DNA of 49,769 bases, filler included, from Candidatus Lindowbacteria bacterium RIFCSPLOWO2_12_FULL_62_27 (GTDB lineage Bacteria > Lindowbacteria > 2-12-FULL-62-27), in NCBI GenBank assembly GCA_001784175.1. It is 3 parts of 3 records of this genome, joined end to end, with 100 filler letters (N's around TTAATTAATTAA, not from the genome) between each part and the next. Parts side by side here need not be neighbours in the genome. Positions count along the whole stretch, not along the records: positions 1 to 23,958 come from MFPR01000037.1; 2 more parts are not named here. The stretch is one strand, 5' to 3'. Positions 1 through 9,459 of the stretch are shown one piece after another. The notes beneath the pieces are model-generated. The model had not been told where the DNA came from, made no database searches, and saw only the letters and a program-made list of their open reading frames with translations. Made by a program: the position numbers and the translations under genes. Within the stretch, counting starts at the first letter, position 1. Each line of letters starts with the position of its first letter.

Positions 1-1104
1 CGATTTGAGCGCGAGGACCGTCATGTTGAAGTGGGGCGATTGTCCGGGCGATTCCTGTCCGAGGGCCGCGAATTCCGTCCAGCCCAGTCCCAGTTGTTCC
101 TGGAGCCGGCTGAGGTAATGCCGGACGAGGTCGAATTCAAATTTTTCGTTCCCGGCCGGAACGGGCGTATGGGTCGTAAAGACGCTGGAGGCCCATACGA
201 CTTCCCGTGCTTCCGCAAACGACAGCCGCTCCGATTCCATCAGCCGGCGAATCCGTTCCAGCACGAGAAACGCGGAGTGGCCTTCGTTCATGTGATGGAC
301 CGTGGGCCGCAAGCCCAGCGCCTCCAGCGCGCGCACGCCGCCGACCCCGAGCACGATTTCCTGCCGGATGCGCATGTCGCGGTCTCCGCCGTAGAGCCGG
401 CCGGTGACGGCGCGCTGGTGCGGGGGATTTTCGGGAAGGTTGGTGTCGAGCAGGTAGAGGGGGACGCGGCCGACCCGGGCGGACCAGACCTGAACGGCGA
501 CCGTCTCTCCGGCAAGATCGACCGTGATGCGGACAGGCCGGCGATCGGCGCCGGTTTCGATTCGGACCGGCATATTGTACCAGTCGTTGTCGGGGTATCG
601 TTCCTGCTGCCATCCGTCGTGGGTGAGCGCCTGGTGGAAATATCCCTGTTGATAGAGAAGCCCGACGCCCACGAGGGGCAGACCGAGGTCGCTGGCGGAT
701 TTGAGATGGTCGCCGGCGAGCAAGCCAAGCCCCCCGGAATAAATCGGCAGGCTTTCCTCGATGCCGAACTCGCAGGAGAAGTACGCCACGAGCGGCCGCT
801 CCTGCGGGCACTGCCGCTGAAACCAGGAGGGCGCGGCGAGGTACTGTTTCAAGTCCCGGTGCGCCGCGTTCATCTCGGCGAGAAAGGATGGATCGGTTTC
901 GGCCTTGCGGAGTTCTTCGGGGCGAAGCGCCCCGAGCATCCAGACGGGATTCTGGTAGGACTTGATCCAGAGGTCGGCGTTCAATCGCATGAAGAGCGCG
1001 CGGGCCTGAGGGCTCCAACTGAACCAGAGGTTCGTCGCCAACTCTTCCAAGGGGGCCAGCTTCTCCGGCAGATTCGGTCGCACCACAAATGCTCTGGGGT
1101 TCAT
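1..1104 (-). CDS. glgP: Alpha-glucan (glycogen/maltodextrin) phosphorylase, 5' part; runs off the window edge
   Basis: Absent from the ORF track because it has no stop in the window. Manual translation from ATG at 1104 gives MNPRAFVVRPNLPEKLAPLEELATNLWFSW...VAYFSCEFGIEESLPIYSGGLGLLAGDHLKSASDLGLPLVGVGLLYQQGYF...HMNEGHSAF...FTTHTPVPAGNEKF...FNMTVLALKS, which are characteristic GT35 phosphorylase motifs. Confidence 0.93.
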   Translation of the reverse strand, partial: MNPRAFVVRPNLPEKLAPLEELATNLWFSWSPQARALFMRLNADLWIKSYQNPVWMLGALRPEELRKAETDPSFLAEMNAAHRDLKQYLAAPSWFQRQCPQERPLVAYFSCEFGIEESLPIYSGGLGLLAGDHLKSASDLGLPLVGVGLLYQQGYFHQALTHDGWQQERYPDNDWYNMPVRIETGADRRPVRITVDLAGETVAVQVWSARVGRVPLYLLDTNLPENPPHQRAVTGRLYGGDRDMRIRQEIVLGVGGVRALEALGLRPTVHHMNEGHSAFLVLERIRRLMESERLSFAEAREVVWASSVFTTHTPVPAGNEKFEFDLVRHYLSRLQEQLGLGWTEFAALGQESPGQSPHFNMTVLALKS

Positions 1105-1111
1105 CCGCAGA

Positions 1112-1336
1112 CTATGCCTGAGCCTCCCCATCCCCTGCAAGTCCGAGCCTGTGCCGGGCTTCGGCGATGCTCATGCCGTGGATCAGAATATGGAGGCATC
1201 GCGGGCAGACCTTCGTTTGATGGTTATCGATGGCGGCCAGAAAGTACACTTCCGATTTTCCGAAATGGCCCTCGCACACGGCGCAAGCCGTCGCCGGCGT
1301 TTCAGGCGCATCGGGGGTTTCGGGACGATTGACCAT
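1112..1336 (-). CDS. Small hypothetical protein with CxxC...CxxC (putative Zn-binding), 74 aa
   Basis: ATG at 1336 follows GAAAGGAAG (RBS-like). Contains CAVC...CPRCLHILIHG. The stop lies 7 bp before the glgP start. Confidence 0.65.
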   Translation of the reverse strand: MVNRPETPDAPETPATACAVCEGHFGKSEVYFLAAIDNHQTKVCPRCLHILIHGMSIAEARHRLGLAGDGEAQA

Positions 1337-1627
1337 GTGCTCACTTCCTTTCAAACGTGATGGTAAAACGGATGCAAATTCCAATCCACAAAAAGCGCGC
1401 CCGGTCAAAGAAGTCGTAACCAGTCGATCCGGCGTGTCATAGACGTTTAATGGATATCGGCCGGTTGGTCTCTGAGTGTGTGGTGTGTGCGCACAGTGTA
1501 CTGATTCAAAACAACCTGACACCCCATCCCGCAAACGTTCGCGGATCGCTATCTGCTCTGTTTTATCCCGTTAAGGTTTATTTCAGAATCAGACCCCGGC
1601 CGGCATGTGATTCGCATGGACTTGGGC

Positions 1628-2917
1628 ATGACCTCAAATACGGTCAAGCTCTGTTACGACCACGGAGAGCTGGAACTGCCGCTGATTGTCGGATCGGAAG
1701 ACGAGAAGGCGATCGACATTTCGAAGCTCCGGAGCGCGACAGGGCACATCACCATTGACCCGGGCTACGTCAACACGGGATCCTGCCAGAGCGCCGTTAC
1801 GTTTCTGGACGGCGAGGCCGGCGTTTTGCGGTACCGCGGATATCCGATCGAACAATTGGCGGAGCACAGCAGCTTCCTCGAAGTTTCGTATCTCCTGTTG
1901 CACGGCCGTCTGCCCTCCGAAAAGGAGTTCGATCGCTACGTTTACGAGATCAAACATCACACGATGATCCACGAGGACTTGAAGCGTCTCTACCAGGCCC
2001 TGCCGAAGGACTCGCATCCGATGGCTGTCTGTTCGGCGGTGGTCGGGACCTTGGGCGCGTTTTACAAGGAGCTGGTGGACCCGCGGGACGTGGCGCAGGT
2101 GGACGGGGCGGCGCTCAGGCTGGTGGCCAAGATGCCGACGATCGCCGCCTACTCCTATAAATACTCCCTCGGCCAGCCTTTCATGTATCCGGTCGACAGC
2201 CTCGACTATCCCGCCAATTTTCTCCACATGATGTTCGCCACGCCCTGCGAGGAATACGCCGTCGATCCGCTCATGGCGAAGGTCCTGGACCTTTTGCTGA
2301 TCCTTCACGCCGACCACGAACAGAATTGTTCCACGAGCACCGTCCGGATGGTCGGCAGTTCGATGGCGAACCTGTTTGCGAGCGTATCGGCCGGCATCAA
2401 CGCGCTGTGGGGTTCGCTGCACGGCGGCGCGAACCAGGCGGTGGTCGAGATGCTGGATGCGCTCGCGAAGGGCGCAGACACGCCGGAGGAGTTCATGAAC
2501 AAGGTGAAGGACAAGAAGAACAACGTCCGGCTGATGGGCTTCGGGCACCGGGTCTACAAGAATTTCGATCCGCGGTCCCGCGTTCTCAAGAAGGTCTGCG
2601 GCGAAGTGTTGAGCCGGGCCGAAGGAAGTTGCCGGCTGTTCGAGATCGCGCAGGGGCTGGAGGAGGTCGCGCTGAAGGACGAGTATTTCGTTTCGCGGAA
2701 ACTCTATCCGAACGTCGATTTTTATTCCGGCATTCTCTACCGCGCGTTGGGCATCCCGACCAACATGTACACCGCCCTGTTCGCGATGGGCCGCATGCCG
2801 GGCTGGATCGCGCACTGGAAGGAGATGCACGTGGACCCTGCGTTCAAGATCGGCCGGCCCCGGCAGGTTTACGTGGGCGAGAAAAAACGGGACTATGTCT
2901 CGATCAGCCTGCGCTGA
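1628..2917 (+). CDS. gltA: Citrate synthase
   Basis: Motifs DPGYVNTGSCQSAVTFLDGEAGVLRYRGY, LHADHEQNCSTSTVR, LHGGANQ, LMGFGHRVYKNFDPR and YPNVDFYSG. The start could alternatively be 1616 or 1607. Confidence 0.96.
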   Translation: MTSNTVKLCYDHGELELPLIVGSEDEKAIDISKLRSATGHITIDPGYVNTGSCQSAVTFLDGEAGVLRYRGYPIEQLAEHSSFLEVSYLLLHGRLPSEKEFDRYVYEIKHHTMIHEDLKRLYQALPKDSHPMAVCSAVVGTLGAFYKELVDPRDVAQVDGAALRLVAKMPTIAAYSYKYSLGQPFMYPVDSLDYPANFLHMMFATPCEEYAVDPLMAKVLDLLLILHADHEQNCSTSTVRMVGSSMANLFASVSAGINALWGSLHGGANQAVVEMLDALAKGADTPEEFMNKVKDKKNNVRLMGFGHRVYKNFDPRSRVLKKVCGEVLSRAEGSCRLFEIAQGLEEVALKDEYFVSRKLYPNVDFYSGILYRALGIPTNMYTALFAMGRMPGWIAHWKEMHVDPAFKIGRPRQVYVGEKKRDYVSISLR

Positions 2918-2918
2918 C

Positions 2919-4655
2919 ATGAACGACATCCTGCCCGCCGCCGACCGGCTCCGGTTCGAGGAGGAGGCGCGGCTCTATCAGGAAGGGGCCCGCACCGAGG
3001 AGGAATTCAGGAACGCGCGGGTGCCGATGGGCATTTATGAGCAGCGGGAGCACGGCGTATACATGATGCGCATCCGCATCCCCGGCGGCCGGATGACCGC
3101 CTTTCAGCTCATGGCGGTCGCCAACGCGGCCGACCTCTACGGCAACGGCGCGCTGCACTTCACCACGCGCCAGGACGTTCAACTTCACGGCCTGACCGTC
3201 AAGAGCATCGTTCCCGCCCTGCGGGCGCTGCTCAAAGTTGGGCTTCACACGCGGGGCGGCGGCGGGAACACGGTCCGCAACATCACGGCCTGCACGATGT
3301 GCGATCTGACGGGATACGCCATCCTGAACGTTTATCCGTTCGTCCGCAGTCTGACGCAGAAACTTCTGCTCGAACCCGAATCCTACCGCCTGCCGCGGAA
3401 ACTCAAGATCGCGTTTTCGGCGTGCGCGAGGGACTGCCCGGAGGGGGGGTTTTCGGACATCGGCTTTATGGCGCGCTGGCGGGACCACCGGTTCGGCGAA
3501 ACGCTGGGCTTTCAGGTGCTCGTGGGCGGCGGCTTGGGTGCGCGGTCGGCGGCGGCCGTCGAGCTGGAACCGTTTGTGTCGCCGGACGAAGTGTATCTGG
3601 TCGCGGCGGCGATCCGCAGCGTCTATCAGCAGCGCGGGAATTCCGGCGACAAGAACAATTCGCGCCTGCGGTTCCTTGTGCAGTCGCTGGGCCTGGACTC
3701 ATTCAAGAGAATGTATCTTGCGGAAAAAGAATCCTTGCGGGACTTTCTGGCGTGGCCGATCGTTCCGCTCGAAGGCCGTCCGCAGCCGGTGGGGGATCCA
3801 TCCGACATTCCGGCGATCCGGGACCCGGAGATGAACACGTGGGCGTCGGAGTGCGTGCATGAGCAGACGATCGCGGGGTTTTTCGCCGTCACGTCGCCCG
3901 TATCGATGGGCGACATCACCTCCGCGTCGGCCGGGGCGCTGGCCGAATGGCTGTGGAACTCGGACCTGAACGAGGTGCGGCTCACCCAGCAGCAGAATCT
4001 TCTGATTCCGAATGTTCCCGGCAAACGGATCCCGATCCTGTACGATTTCCAGAAGACGGCCGGCATCGTGCGGCCGGCGCCTCCCGCGTTGTCCGGGATG
4101 TGCGTCTGCGCGGGCGCCGGGACATGCCAGCTTGGCATCTGCCGGTCGAAGGACGTGGCGGCCGAAATTTACAAAATGAAGGACAACGCCTACTGGCGGC
4201 ATCCGGCCCTCCGGTTTCTCTCGATCCGATTCAGCGGCTGTATGAACCAGTGCGCGCGGTCGACCACGGCAGTCCTCGGATTTGTCGGCGCAGCGCGGTC
4301 CTTGGATGGCCGCTCCTATCCCGCCTACCAGGTGTTCTGGGGCGGGCAGAGCCGGGGGGCGCATTCGTCCCTGGCGGCGCCGGTGGGGACCGTTCCCGCG
4401 CGCTGGATCACGCCGCTTCTGGACGGATTTCTGGACCGGCTGGCCGCCGTGCTGCCGCGCGACGCGGACGTCGCCCGGATCATTCGCACGGGCCGGCCCA
4501 TCCTTCACGCGTGCCTCGCTGAATTTCAGCAGGCGCCCGGTTACGATACCGCGCCCCTCTTCTACAGGGACTGGGGCGCGGACGACCAGCCCTTCACAAC
4601 CGAAGATAGAGGAAAGGGGGAGTGTTCAGCCGGCGAAACATCGATTGCTTGCTGA
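2919..4655 (+). CDS. Nitrite/sulfite reductase hemoprotein (siroheme/4Fe-4S)
   Basis: GIYEQR, MMRIRIPGG, HFTTRQDVQLH, GGGNTVRN and LPRKLKIAFS motifs, plus cluster ligands CAGAGTC...SGCMNQC. ATG lies 1 bp after the gltA stop. Confidence 0.88.
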   Translation: MNDILPAADRLRFEEEARLYQEGARTEEEFRNARVPMGIYEQREHGVYMMRIRIPGGRMTAFQLMAVANAADLYGNGALHFTTRQDVQLHGLTVKSIVPALRALLKVGLHTRGGGGNTVRNITACTMCDLTGYAILNVYPFVRSLTQKLLLEPESYRLPRKLKIAFSACARDCPEGGFSDIGFMARWRDHRFGETLGFQVLVGGGLGARSAAAVELEPFVSPDEVYLVAAAIRSVYQQRGNSGDKNNSRLRFLVQSLGLDSFKRMYLAEKESLRDFLAWPIVPLEGRPQPVGDPSDIPAIRDPEMNTWASECVHEQTIAGFFAVTSPVSMGDITSASAGALAEWLWNSDLNEVRLTQQQNLLIPNVPGKRIPILYDFQKTAGIVRPAPPALSGMCVCAGAGTCQLGICRSKDVAAEIYKMKDNAYWRHPALRFLSIRFSGCMNQCARSTTAVLGFVGAARSLDGRSYPAYQVFWGGQSRGAHSSLAAPVGTVPARWITPLLDGFLDRLAAVLPRDADVARIIRTGRPILHACLAEFQQAPGYDTAPLFYRDWGADDQPFTTEDRGKGECSAGETSIAC

Positions 4656-4665
4656 ACCGACCGAG

Positions 4666-5292
4666 ATGACCGAAACACTGAACAGCCTCATTGACCGCAT
4701 TCAGAAAGAAGGCGTCGAGAAAGCCGACGTGGCGTCGGCCGAAATCATCGCCAAGGCCAAAGACACCGCGGCGTTGATCGTGAAAGAGGCCGAATCCAAA
4801 GCGGCCGACATCCTCGAAAAAGCGAAAAAAGACACGGAGTCCCTCACGGCCCGCAGCAAAAAGACGCTCGAGCAGGCCGCGCGCGACATCGTGCTCACCG
4901 TGGGCCAGGGGGTGGAGAAAGTATTCCGGGACCTGGCCGACCAGGGCGCGGGCGAAGCGCTGTCGGGGGAGGTGCTGGAGCAGACGCTCGTCAAAATCTG
5001 CGACGCGTTCCTCGCCCGCGGCATGACCGACGGCCGGCTGGAGCTTCTGGTGAACCCGAGCGACGTCGATCGTGTCAACGCGTATTTCAAAACGAGGTTC
5101 CGAAAGGCCCTGGAGGCGGGGGTGCAGATCCGGCCGGACGGCGGCATTGTCGCCGGCTTCAAGGTGAAGCTGGCCGGCAAGTCGCTTTCGCTCGATTTCA
5201 CCAAGGAATCGATCGCCGAATCCGTCCTGCAACTGCTCCGGCCGCAGCTTGCCGAGATTGTCCGCGGGGGCTTGGCGGCCGGCCGCGGATGA
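4666..5292 (+). CDS. atpE: V/A-type ATPase subunit E
   Basis: MTETLNSLIDRIQKEGVEKA...helical stalk...GIVAGFKV...LDFT. It is the first gene of the V-ATPase cluster. The ORF track's start at 4282 is an over-extension. Confidence 0.88.
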   Translation: MTETLNSLIDRIQKEGVEKADVASAEIIAKAKDTAALIVKEAESKAADILEKAKKDTESLTARSKKTLEQAARDIVLTVGQGVEKVFRDLADQGAGEALSGEVLEQTLVKICDAFLARGMTDGRLELLVNPSDVDRVNAYFKTRFRKALEAGVQIRPDGGIVAGFKVKLAGKSLSLDFTKESIAESVLQLLRPQLAEIVRGGLAAGRG

Positions 5293-5816
5293 GCGCCAAG
5301 TATTTTTATCTGATGTCGAGCCTTCCGACCCTGTCTCTGGACACGCCGCCGCCGCTGACGACGGACCAGTTCCGCCTCCAGTGCAAGACCTGGCTCACAC
5401 CGCTGGAATGGGCGGCGGTGGAGGAAGTCCTGACCTTCAACGAGTCACGGTCGGCCAACCCTTTTCTACTGCGCTGGCGCGACCGCGAAATCCAGCTTCG
5501 GAACGCCATCGCCCGCCAGCGCGCGGCGCGCCTCGGCGTCGATCCCGAGCCGCATCTTCGCGAGCACGGCGCCTACGACGCGTCGACCGACAAGAGCATC
5601 ATCAACGCCTTCGCGCGCCCCACGCCGATCGAACGTGAGATGGAGCTGGACCGTCTGCGCTGGCGGATCGTGGACGAAACGGCGGGGTTCGATCCCTATC
5701 AACTATCCGGTCTGCTCGCCTACGCCTTGAAAATCCGCCTCTCCCGGCGCTGGGCAAAGATGGACGAAGGGCGCGGCCGGGCCGCGCTCGAAGAACTCAT
5801 ACAAAGGACGGCATGA
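5289..5816 (+). CDS. DUF2764-like V-ATPase-associated (C-subunit-like) protein
   Basis: Begins KYFYLMSSLPTL and contains ERE..LDRLRW and LAYALK. It sits between E and A, as in chlamydial/Bacteroidota/spirochaete-type operons, with an ATGA overlap. Confidence 0.78.
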   Translation: MSAKYFYLMSSLPTLSLDTPPPLTTDQFRLQCKTWLTPLEWAAVEEVLTFNESRSANPFLLRWRDREIQLRNAIARQRAARLGVDPEPHLREHGAYDASTDKSIINAFARPTPIEREMELDRLRWRIVDETAGFDPYQLSGLLAYALKIRLSRRWAKMDEGRGRAALEELIQRTA

Positions 5817-5820
5817 CCCC

Positions 5821-7548
5821 ATGAGCAACACAGGAACCATTGTCGGCGTGAACGGAAACATGATCACCGTGGAATTCGGCGGCGACGTTCAGCAGAACGA
5901 AGTCGGCTACGCGAAGACGGACAGTCTGGAACTCAAGGCCGAGATCATCCGCATCCGCGGGCGCCGCGCGGACATGCAGGTCTTCGAGGACACCACGGGC
6001 CTCACGGTGGGAAACCCCGTCGAATTCAGCGGGGAACTTCTGACGGTGGAACTCGGTCCCGGGCTCCTCACGCAAATTTTCGACGGCCTCCAGAACCCGC
6101 TGCCCCAGCTCGCCGAAAAATGCGGATTCTTCCTCCAGCGCGGCATGTACCTTCCGGCGCTCCCGCGCGCAAAATCCTGGGACTTCACGCCGGCCGCCAA
6201 ACCCGGCGACACCGTCACCGGCGGCGACACGCTGGGAACGGTGCCCGAGGGAATCTTTCAACATCACATCATGGTCCCGTTTTCGGTCCGGTCCGAGTGC
6301 CGGGTCGAGGAGGTCGCGCCCGCCGGGGCGTACAAGGTCGAGCAGGTCATCGCGCGCCTGAAGGACGACCGCGGTCAGGCCCTCGAAGTGACGCTCATGC
6401 AGCGCTGGCCGGTCAAGATCCCGATCAAGAATTACGTCGAACGCATCAAGCCCGTCGATCCGCTCGTGACGAAGATCCGGATCATCGACACGTTCTTTCC
6501 CGTCGCCCGCGGCGGCACCTTCTGCGTGCCGGGGCCGTTCGGCGCCGGCAAGACGGTGCTGCAGCAGATGACGAGCCGGCAGGCCGAGGTCGACGTCGTG
6601 ATCATCGCCGCCTGCGGAGAGCGCGCGGGGGAGGTGGTGGAGACGCTGCGCGAGTTTCCGGAGGTGATGGACCCGCGCACCGGCCGCAGTCTCATGGAAC
6701 GGACGATCATCATCTGCAACACAAGCTCGATGCCGGTGGCGGCGCGGGAGGCGTCCGTCTACACGGGCGTCACGCTGGCCGAGTACTACCGGCAGATGGG
6801 CCTGCACGCGCTCCTGTTGGCCGATTCGACGAGCCGCTGGGCGCAGGCGCTGCGGGAGATGTCGGGCCGGCTGGAGGAGATTCCGGGCGAGGAGGCGTTC
6901 CCGGCGTATCTCGAGTCGGTGATCGCCGCCTTCTACGAGCGCGCGGGTCTTGTGCGCTTGAAGGACGGCCGGACCGGATCGATCACCGTCGGCGGCACGG
7001 TCAGCCCCGCCGGCGGGAACTTCGAGGAGCCCGTCACGCAGGCGACCCTCAAGGTCGTCGGCGCCTTTCACGGCCTGTCCCGCGAGCGGTCCGACGCCCG
7101 CAAATTCCCCGCGATCCATCCGCTCGACAGTTGGACCAAATACACGAGCGTCGTGTCCGACAAAGATGTGGCGGCCGCCAAGCGCACCCTGCGCGCGGGC
7201 ACGCACGTCGAGCAGATGATGAAGGTCATCGGGGAGGAGGGCACGTCGATCGACGATTTTGTGACGTATCTCAAGGCCAAATATCTGGACGACGTGTATC
7301 TTCAGCAGGACGGCTTCGACGCCGTCGACGGCGCGACGCCGGCCGACCGGCAGAAATATGTGTTCGGGATCATCGTGCGGATCCTCGAAACGGCCCTGAA
7401 TTTCGCCGACAAGGACGCCGCCCGGAAATTTTTCAACCAGCTCACGCAGAAAACCAAGGACTGGAACCGCGCGGCGTCGGGAACGCCGGAGTTTCAGGAA
7501 ATCGAAAAGCAAATTCAGGCGGGACTTGCGGAGGTGACGCGCTCATGA
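5821..7548 (+). CDS. atpA: V/A-type ATP synthase subunit A
   Basis: Walker [10 protein letters not shown], plus [33 protein letters not shown] and [14 protein letters not shown]. Confidence 0.96.
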   Translation: MSNTGTIVGVNGNMITVEFGGDVQQNEVGYAKTDSLELKAEIIRIRGRRADMQVFEDTTGLTVGNPVEFSGELLTVELGPGLLTQIFDGLQNPLPQLAEKCGFFLQRGMYLPALPRAKSWDFTPAAKPGDTVTGGDTLGTVPEGIFQHHIMVPFSVRSECRVEEVAPAGAYKVEQVIARLKDDRGQALEVTLMQRWPVKIPIKNYVERIKPVDPLVTKIRIIDTFFPVARGGTFCVPGPFGAGKTVLQQMTSRQAEVDVVIIAACGERAGEVVETLREFPEVMDPRTGRSLMERTIIICNTSSMPVAAREASVYTGVTLAEYYRQMGLHALLLADSTSRWAQALREMSGRLEEIPGEEAFPAYLESVIAAFYERAGLVRLKDGRTGSITVGGTVSPAGGNFEEPVTQATLKVVGAFHGLSRERSDARKFPAIHPLDSWTKYTSVVSDKDVAAAKRTLRAGTHVEQMMKVIGEEGTSIDDFVTYLKAKYLDDVYLQQDGFDAVDGATPADRQKYVFGIIVRILETALNFADKDAARKFFNQLTQKTKDWNRAASGTPEFQEIEKQIQAGLAEVTRS

Positions 7549-8849
7549 AGAAGGTCTATCATCGCATTGAGAAAATCGTCGGAAACGTCCTGACCATCCG
7601 GGCGTCCGACGTCACGTACCGGGAACTGGCTGAGGTCACGTCCCGGCGGGGCGTGTCGCTGGCGCAGGTGATCCGGCTCGACGGCGAGTTCGTGTCGCTG
7701 CAGGTGTTCTCGGGCAGCCGGGGCATCGAGACGGACGCGCAGGTGCGATTCTTGAGCCATCCGATGACGATCCCGTTTTCGGATTCGCTCCTCGGCCGGA
7801 TTTTCACCGGCGGCGGCCAGCCCCGCGACAAGGGTCCCGGCCTCTACGAAAACCCGATCCCGATCGGCGGCCCGTCGGTCAACCCCGCCAAGCGCATCAT
7901 CCCGCGGCGGATGATCCGCACGGGCATTCCGATGATCGACGTGTTCAACACGCTGGTCGAGTCGCAGAAACTCCCGATCTTCTCCGTGGCCGGCGAGCCT
8001 TACAATCCGCTCCTCGCGCGGATCGCGCTTCAGGCCGAGGTCGACGTCATCGTTCTGGGCGGGATCGGCCTCAAGTACGACGACTATCTGTTTTTCCGGG
8101 ATTTCCTGGACGAAAACGGGGCGCTGGGCCGGTCGGTCCTCTTTATCCACACCGCCTCCGACCCCATCGTCGAGTCGCTCCTGGTGCCCGACGTGAGCCT
8201 GGCGGTGGCGGAGCAGTTCGCGATCAAGGGCAAGCGCGTTCTGACGCTCCTGACCGACATGACAAACTTCGCGGACGCGATGAAGGAGATCGCCATCACG
8301 ATGGAACAGATTCCCTCCAACCGCGGATACCCCGGCGACCTCTACAGCCAGCTCGCGTCGCGGTACGAGAAGGCCGTCGACTTCGAGGGCGCCGGATCCA
8401 TCACCATCCTCGCCGTGACCACCATGCCCGGCGACGACGTCACGCACCCGGTGCCGGACAACACCGGATACATCACCGAGGGCCAGTTCTACCTGCGCAC
8501 CGGCCGCATCGAGCCGTTCGGGTCGCTGTCGCGTCTGAAGCAGCTCGTGAACGCCAAGACGCGCGAGGACCACCGCACCATCATGAACTCGATGATCCAG
8601 CTTTACGCCTCCTACCGCGAGACGCTGGAGAAACAGGCGATGGGATTCAGGATGAGCGTCTGGGACACGAAGCTTCTTAAATATGGAGGGCGGTTCGAGC
8701 GCGAGATGATGGACCTGACCGTCAACATCCAGCTCGAAGCGGCGCTGGATCTCGGCTGGAAGATTCTCGCGGACTGTTTCGATCCGGCCGAAACCGGCAT
8801 TCCGTCGAAACTGCTCAAGAAGTTCTGGCCCGAAAAGGCTGCCGTGTAA
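7545..8849 (+). CDS. atpB: V/A-type ATP synthase subunit B
   Basis: Starts [14 protein letters not shown] (ATGA overlap with A, GGAGG RBS). Contains [25 protein letters not shown] and [15 protein letters not shown]. Confidence 0.95.
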   Translation: MKKVYHRIEKIVGNVLTIRASDVTYRELAEVTSRRGVSLAQVIRLDGEFVSLQVFSGSRGIETDAQVRFLSHPMTIPFSDSLLGRIFTGGGQPRDKGPGLYENPIPIGGPSVNPAKRIIPRRMIRTGIPMIDVFNTLVESQKLPIFSVAGEPYNPLLARIALQAEVDVIVLGGIGLKYDDYLFFRDFLDENGALGRSVLFIHTASDPIVESLLVPDVSLAVAEQFAIKGKRVLTLLTDMTNFADAMKEIAITMEQIPSNRGYPGDLYSQLASRYEKAVDFEGAGSITILAVTTMPGDDVTHPVPDNTGYITEGQFYLRTGRIEPFGSLSRLKQLVNAKTREDHRTIMNSMIQLYASYRETLEKQAMGFRMSVWDTKLLKYGGRFEREMMDLTVNIQLEAALDLGWKILADCFDPAETGIPSKLLKKFWPEKAAV

Positions 8850-8853
8850 GCGC

Positions 8854-9459
8854 GTGGCGAAGGTCAAGTTCACCAAGAATGAGCTCAAGGCGCAGCGCGA
8901 CGCGTTCGCGCTCTACCGCCGGTTCCTCCCGACGCTCCAGCTCAAGAAGAAGCAGCTTTTGTCGGAGATGAAGCAGGTGGAGGCGAAGATCGATGAGAAG
9001 AAATCGGAGGAGCGGCGGGTCCGTGCGGAGATGGACGCGTGGGTGAAACTGTTTTCGGAACCCGTGCCGCCGGAACATTTTCCGAGAATCAAGGAAATCC
9101 GAAAAGGGGAATCGAACGTCGCCGGCGTCAACATCCCCGTCCTCAAGGAAGTCATTTTCAGCGTCGACCGCCGCGATCTCTTCGCGACGCCCGCGTGGAT
9201 TGACGACGCGGCCAAGGCCCTGGAGGCGCTGGCGCGCATGAGGATCGAGCAGGGCATCCTGGCGGAGCAGGCGCGGCTGATCTCGGAGGAGCTGACCGCG
9301 ACGACCCAGCGGGTGAACCTGTTCGAGAAGGTCAAAATCCCGGAGTGCCGCAAAAACATCCGGCTGATCCAGATTTTCCTGGGCGACCAGCAGACCGCGG
9401 GCGTCGCGCGCGCGAAAATCGCCAAGGGCCGTGTGGTCGAGGAGGTGGCCGTAGCGTGA
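8854..9459 (+). CDS. atpD: V/A-type ATP synthase subunit D
   Basis: TKNELK..., LPTLQLKK, NVAGVNIP and TTQRVNLFEKVKIP. Confidence 0.93.
   Translation: MAKVKFTKNELKAQRDAFALYRRFLPTLQLKKKQLLSEMKQVEAKIDEKKSEERRVRAEMDAWVKLFSEPVPPEHFPRIKEIRKGESNVAGVNIPVLKEVIFSVDRRDLFATPAWIDDAAKALEALARMRIEQGILAEQARLISEELTATTQRVNLFEKVKIPECRKNIRLIQIFLGDQQTAGVARAKIAKGRVVEEVAVA

Noticed and set aside
31-1332. 433-aa plus-strand ORF
   Set aside because: Antisense shadow of the minus-strand glucan phosphorylase, with no recognisable motifs.
6120-7544. Apparent 909-aa ATPase B with a long N-terminal extension
   Set aside because: The extension overlaps atpA in another frame and is Arg/Gly-rich noise. The real start is ATG 7545 with an RBS.
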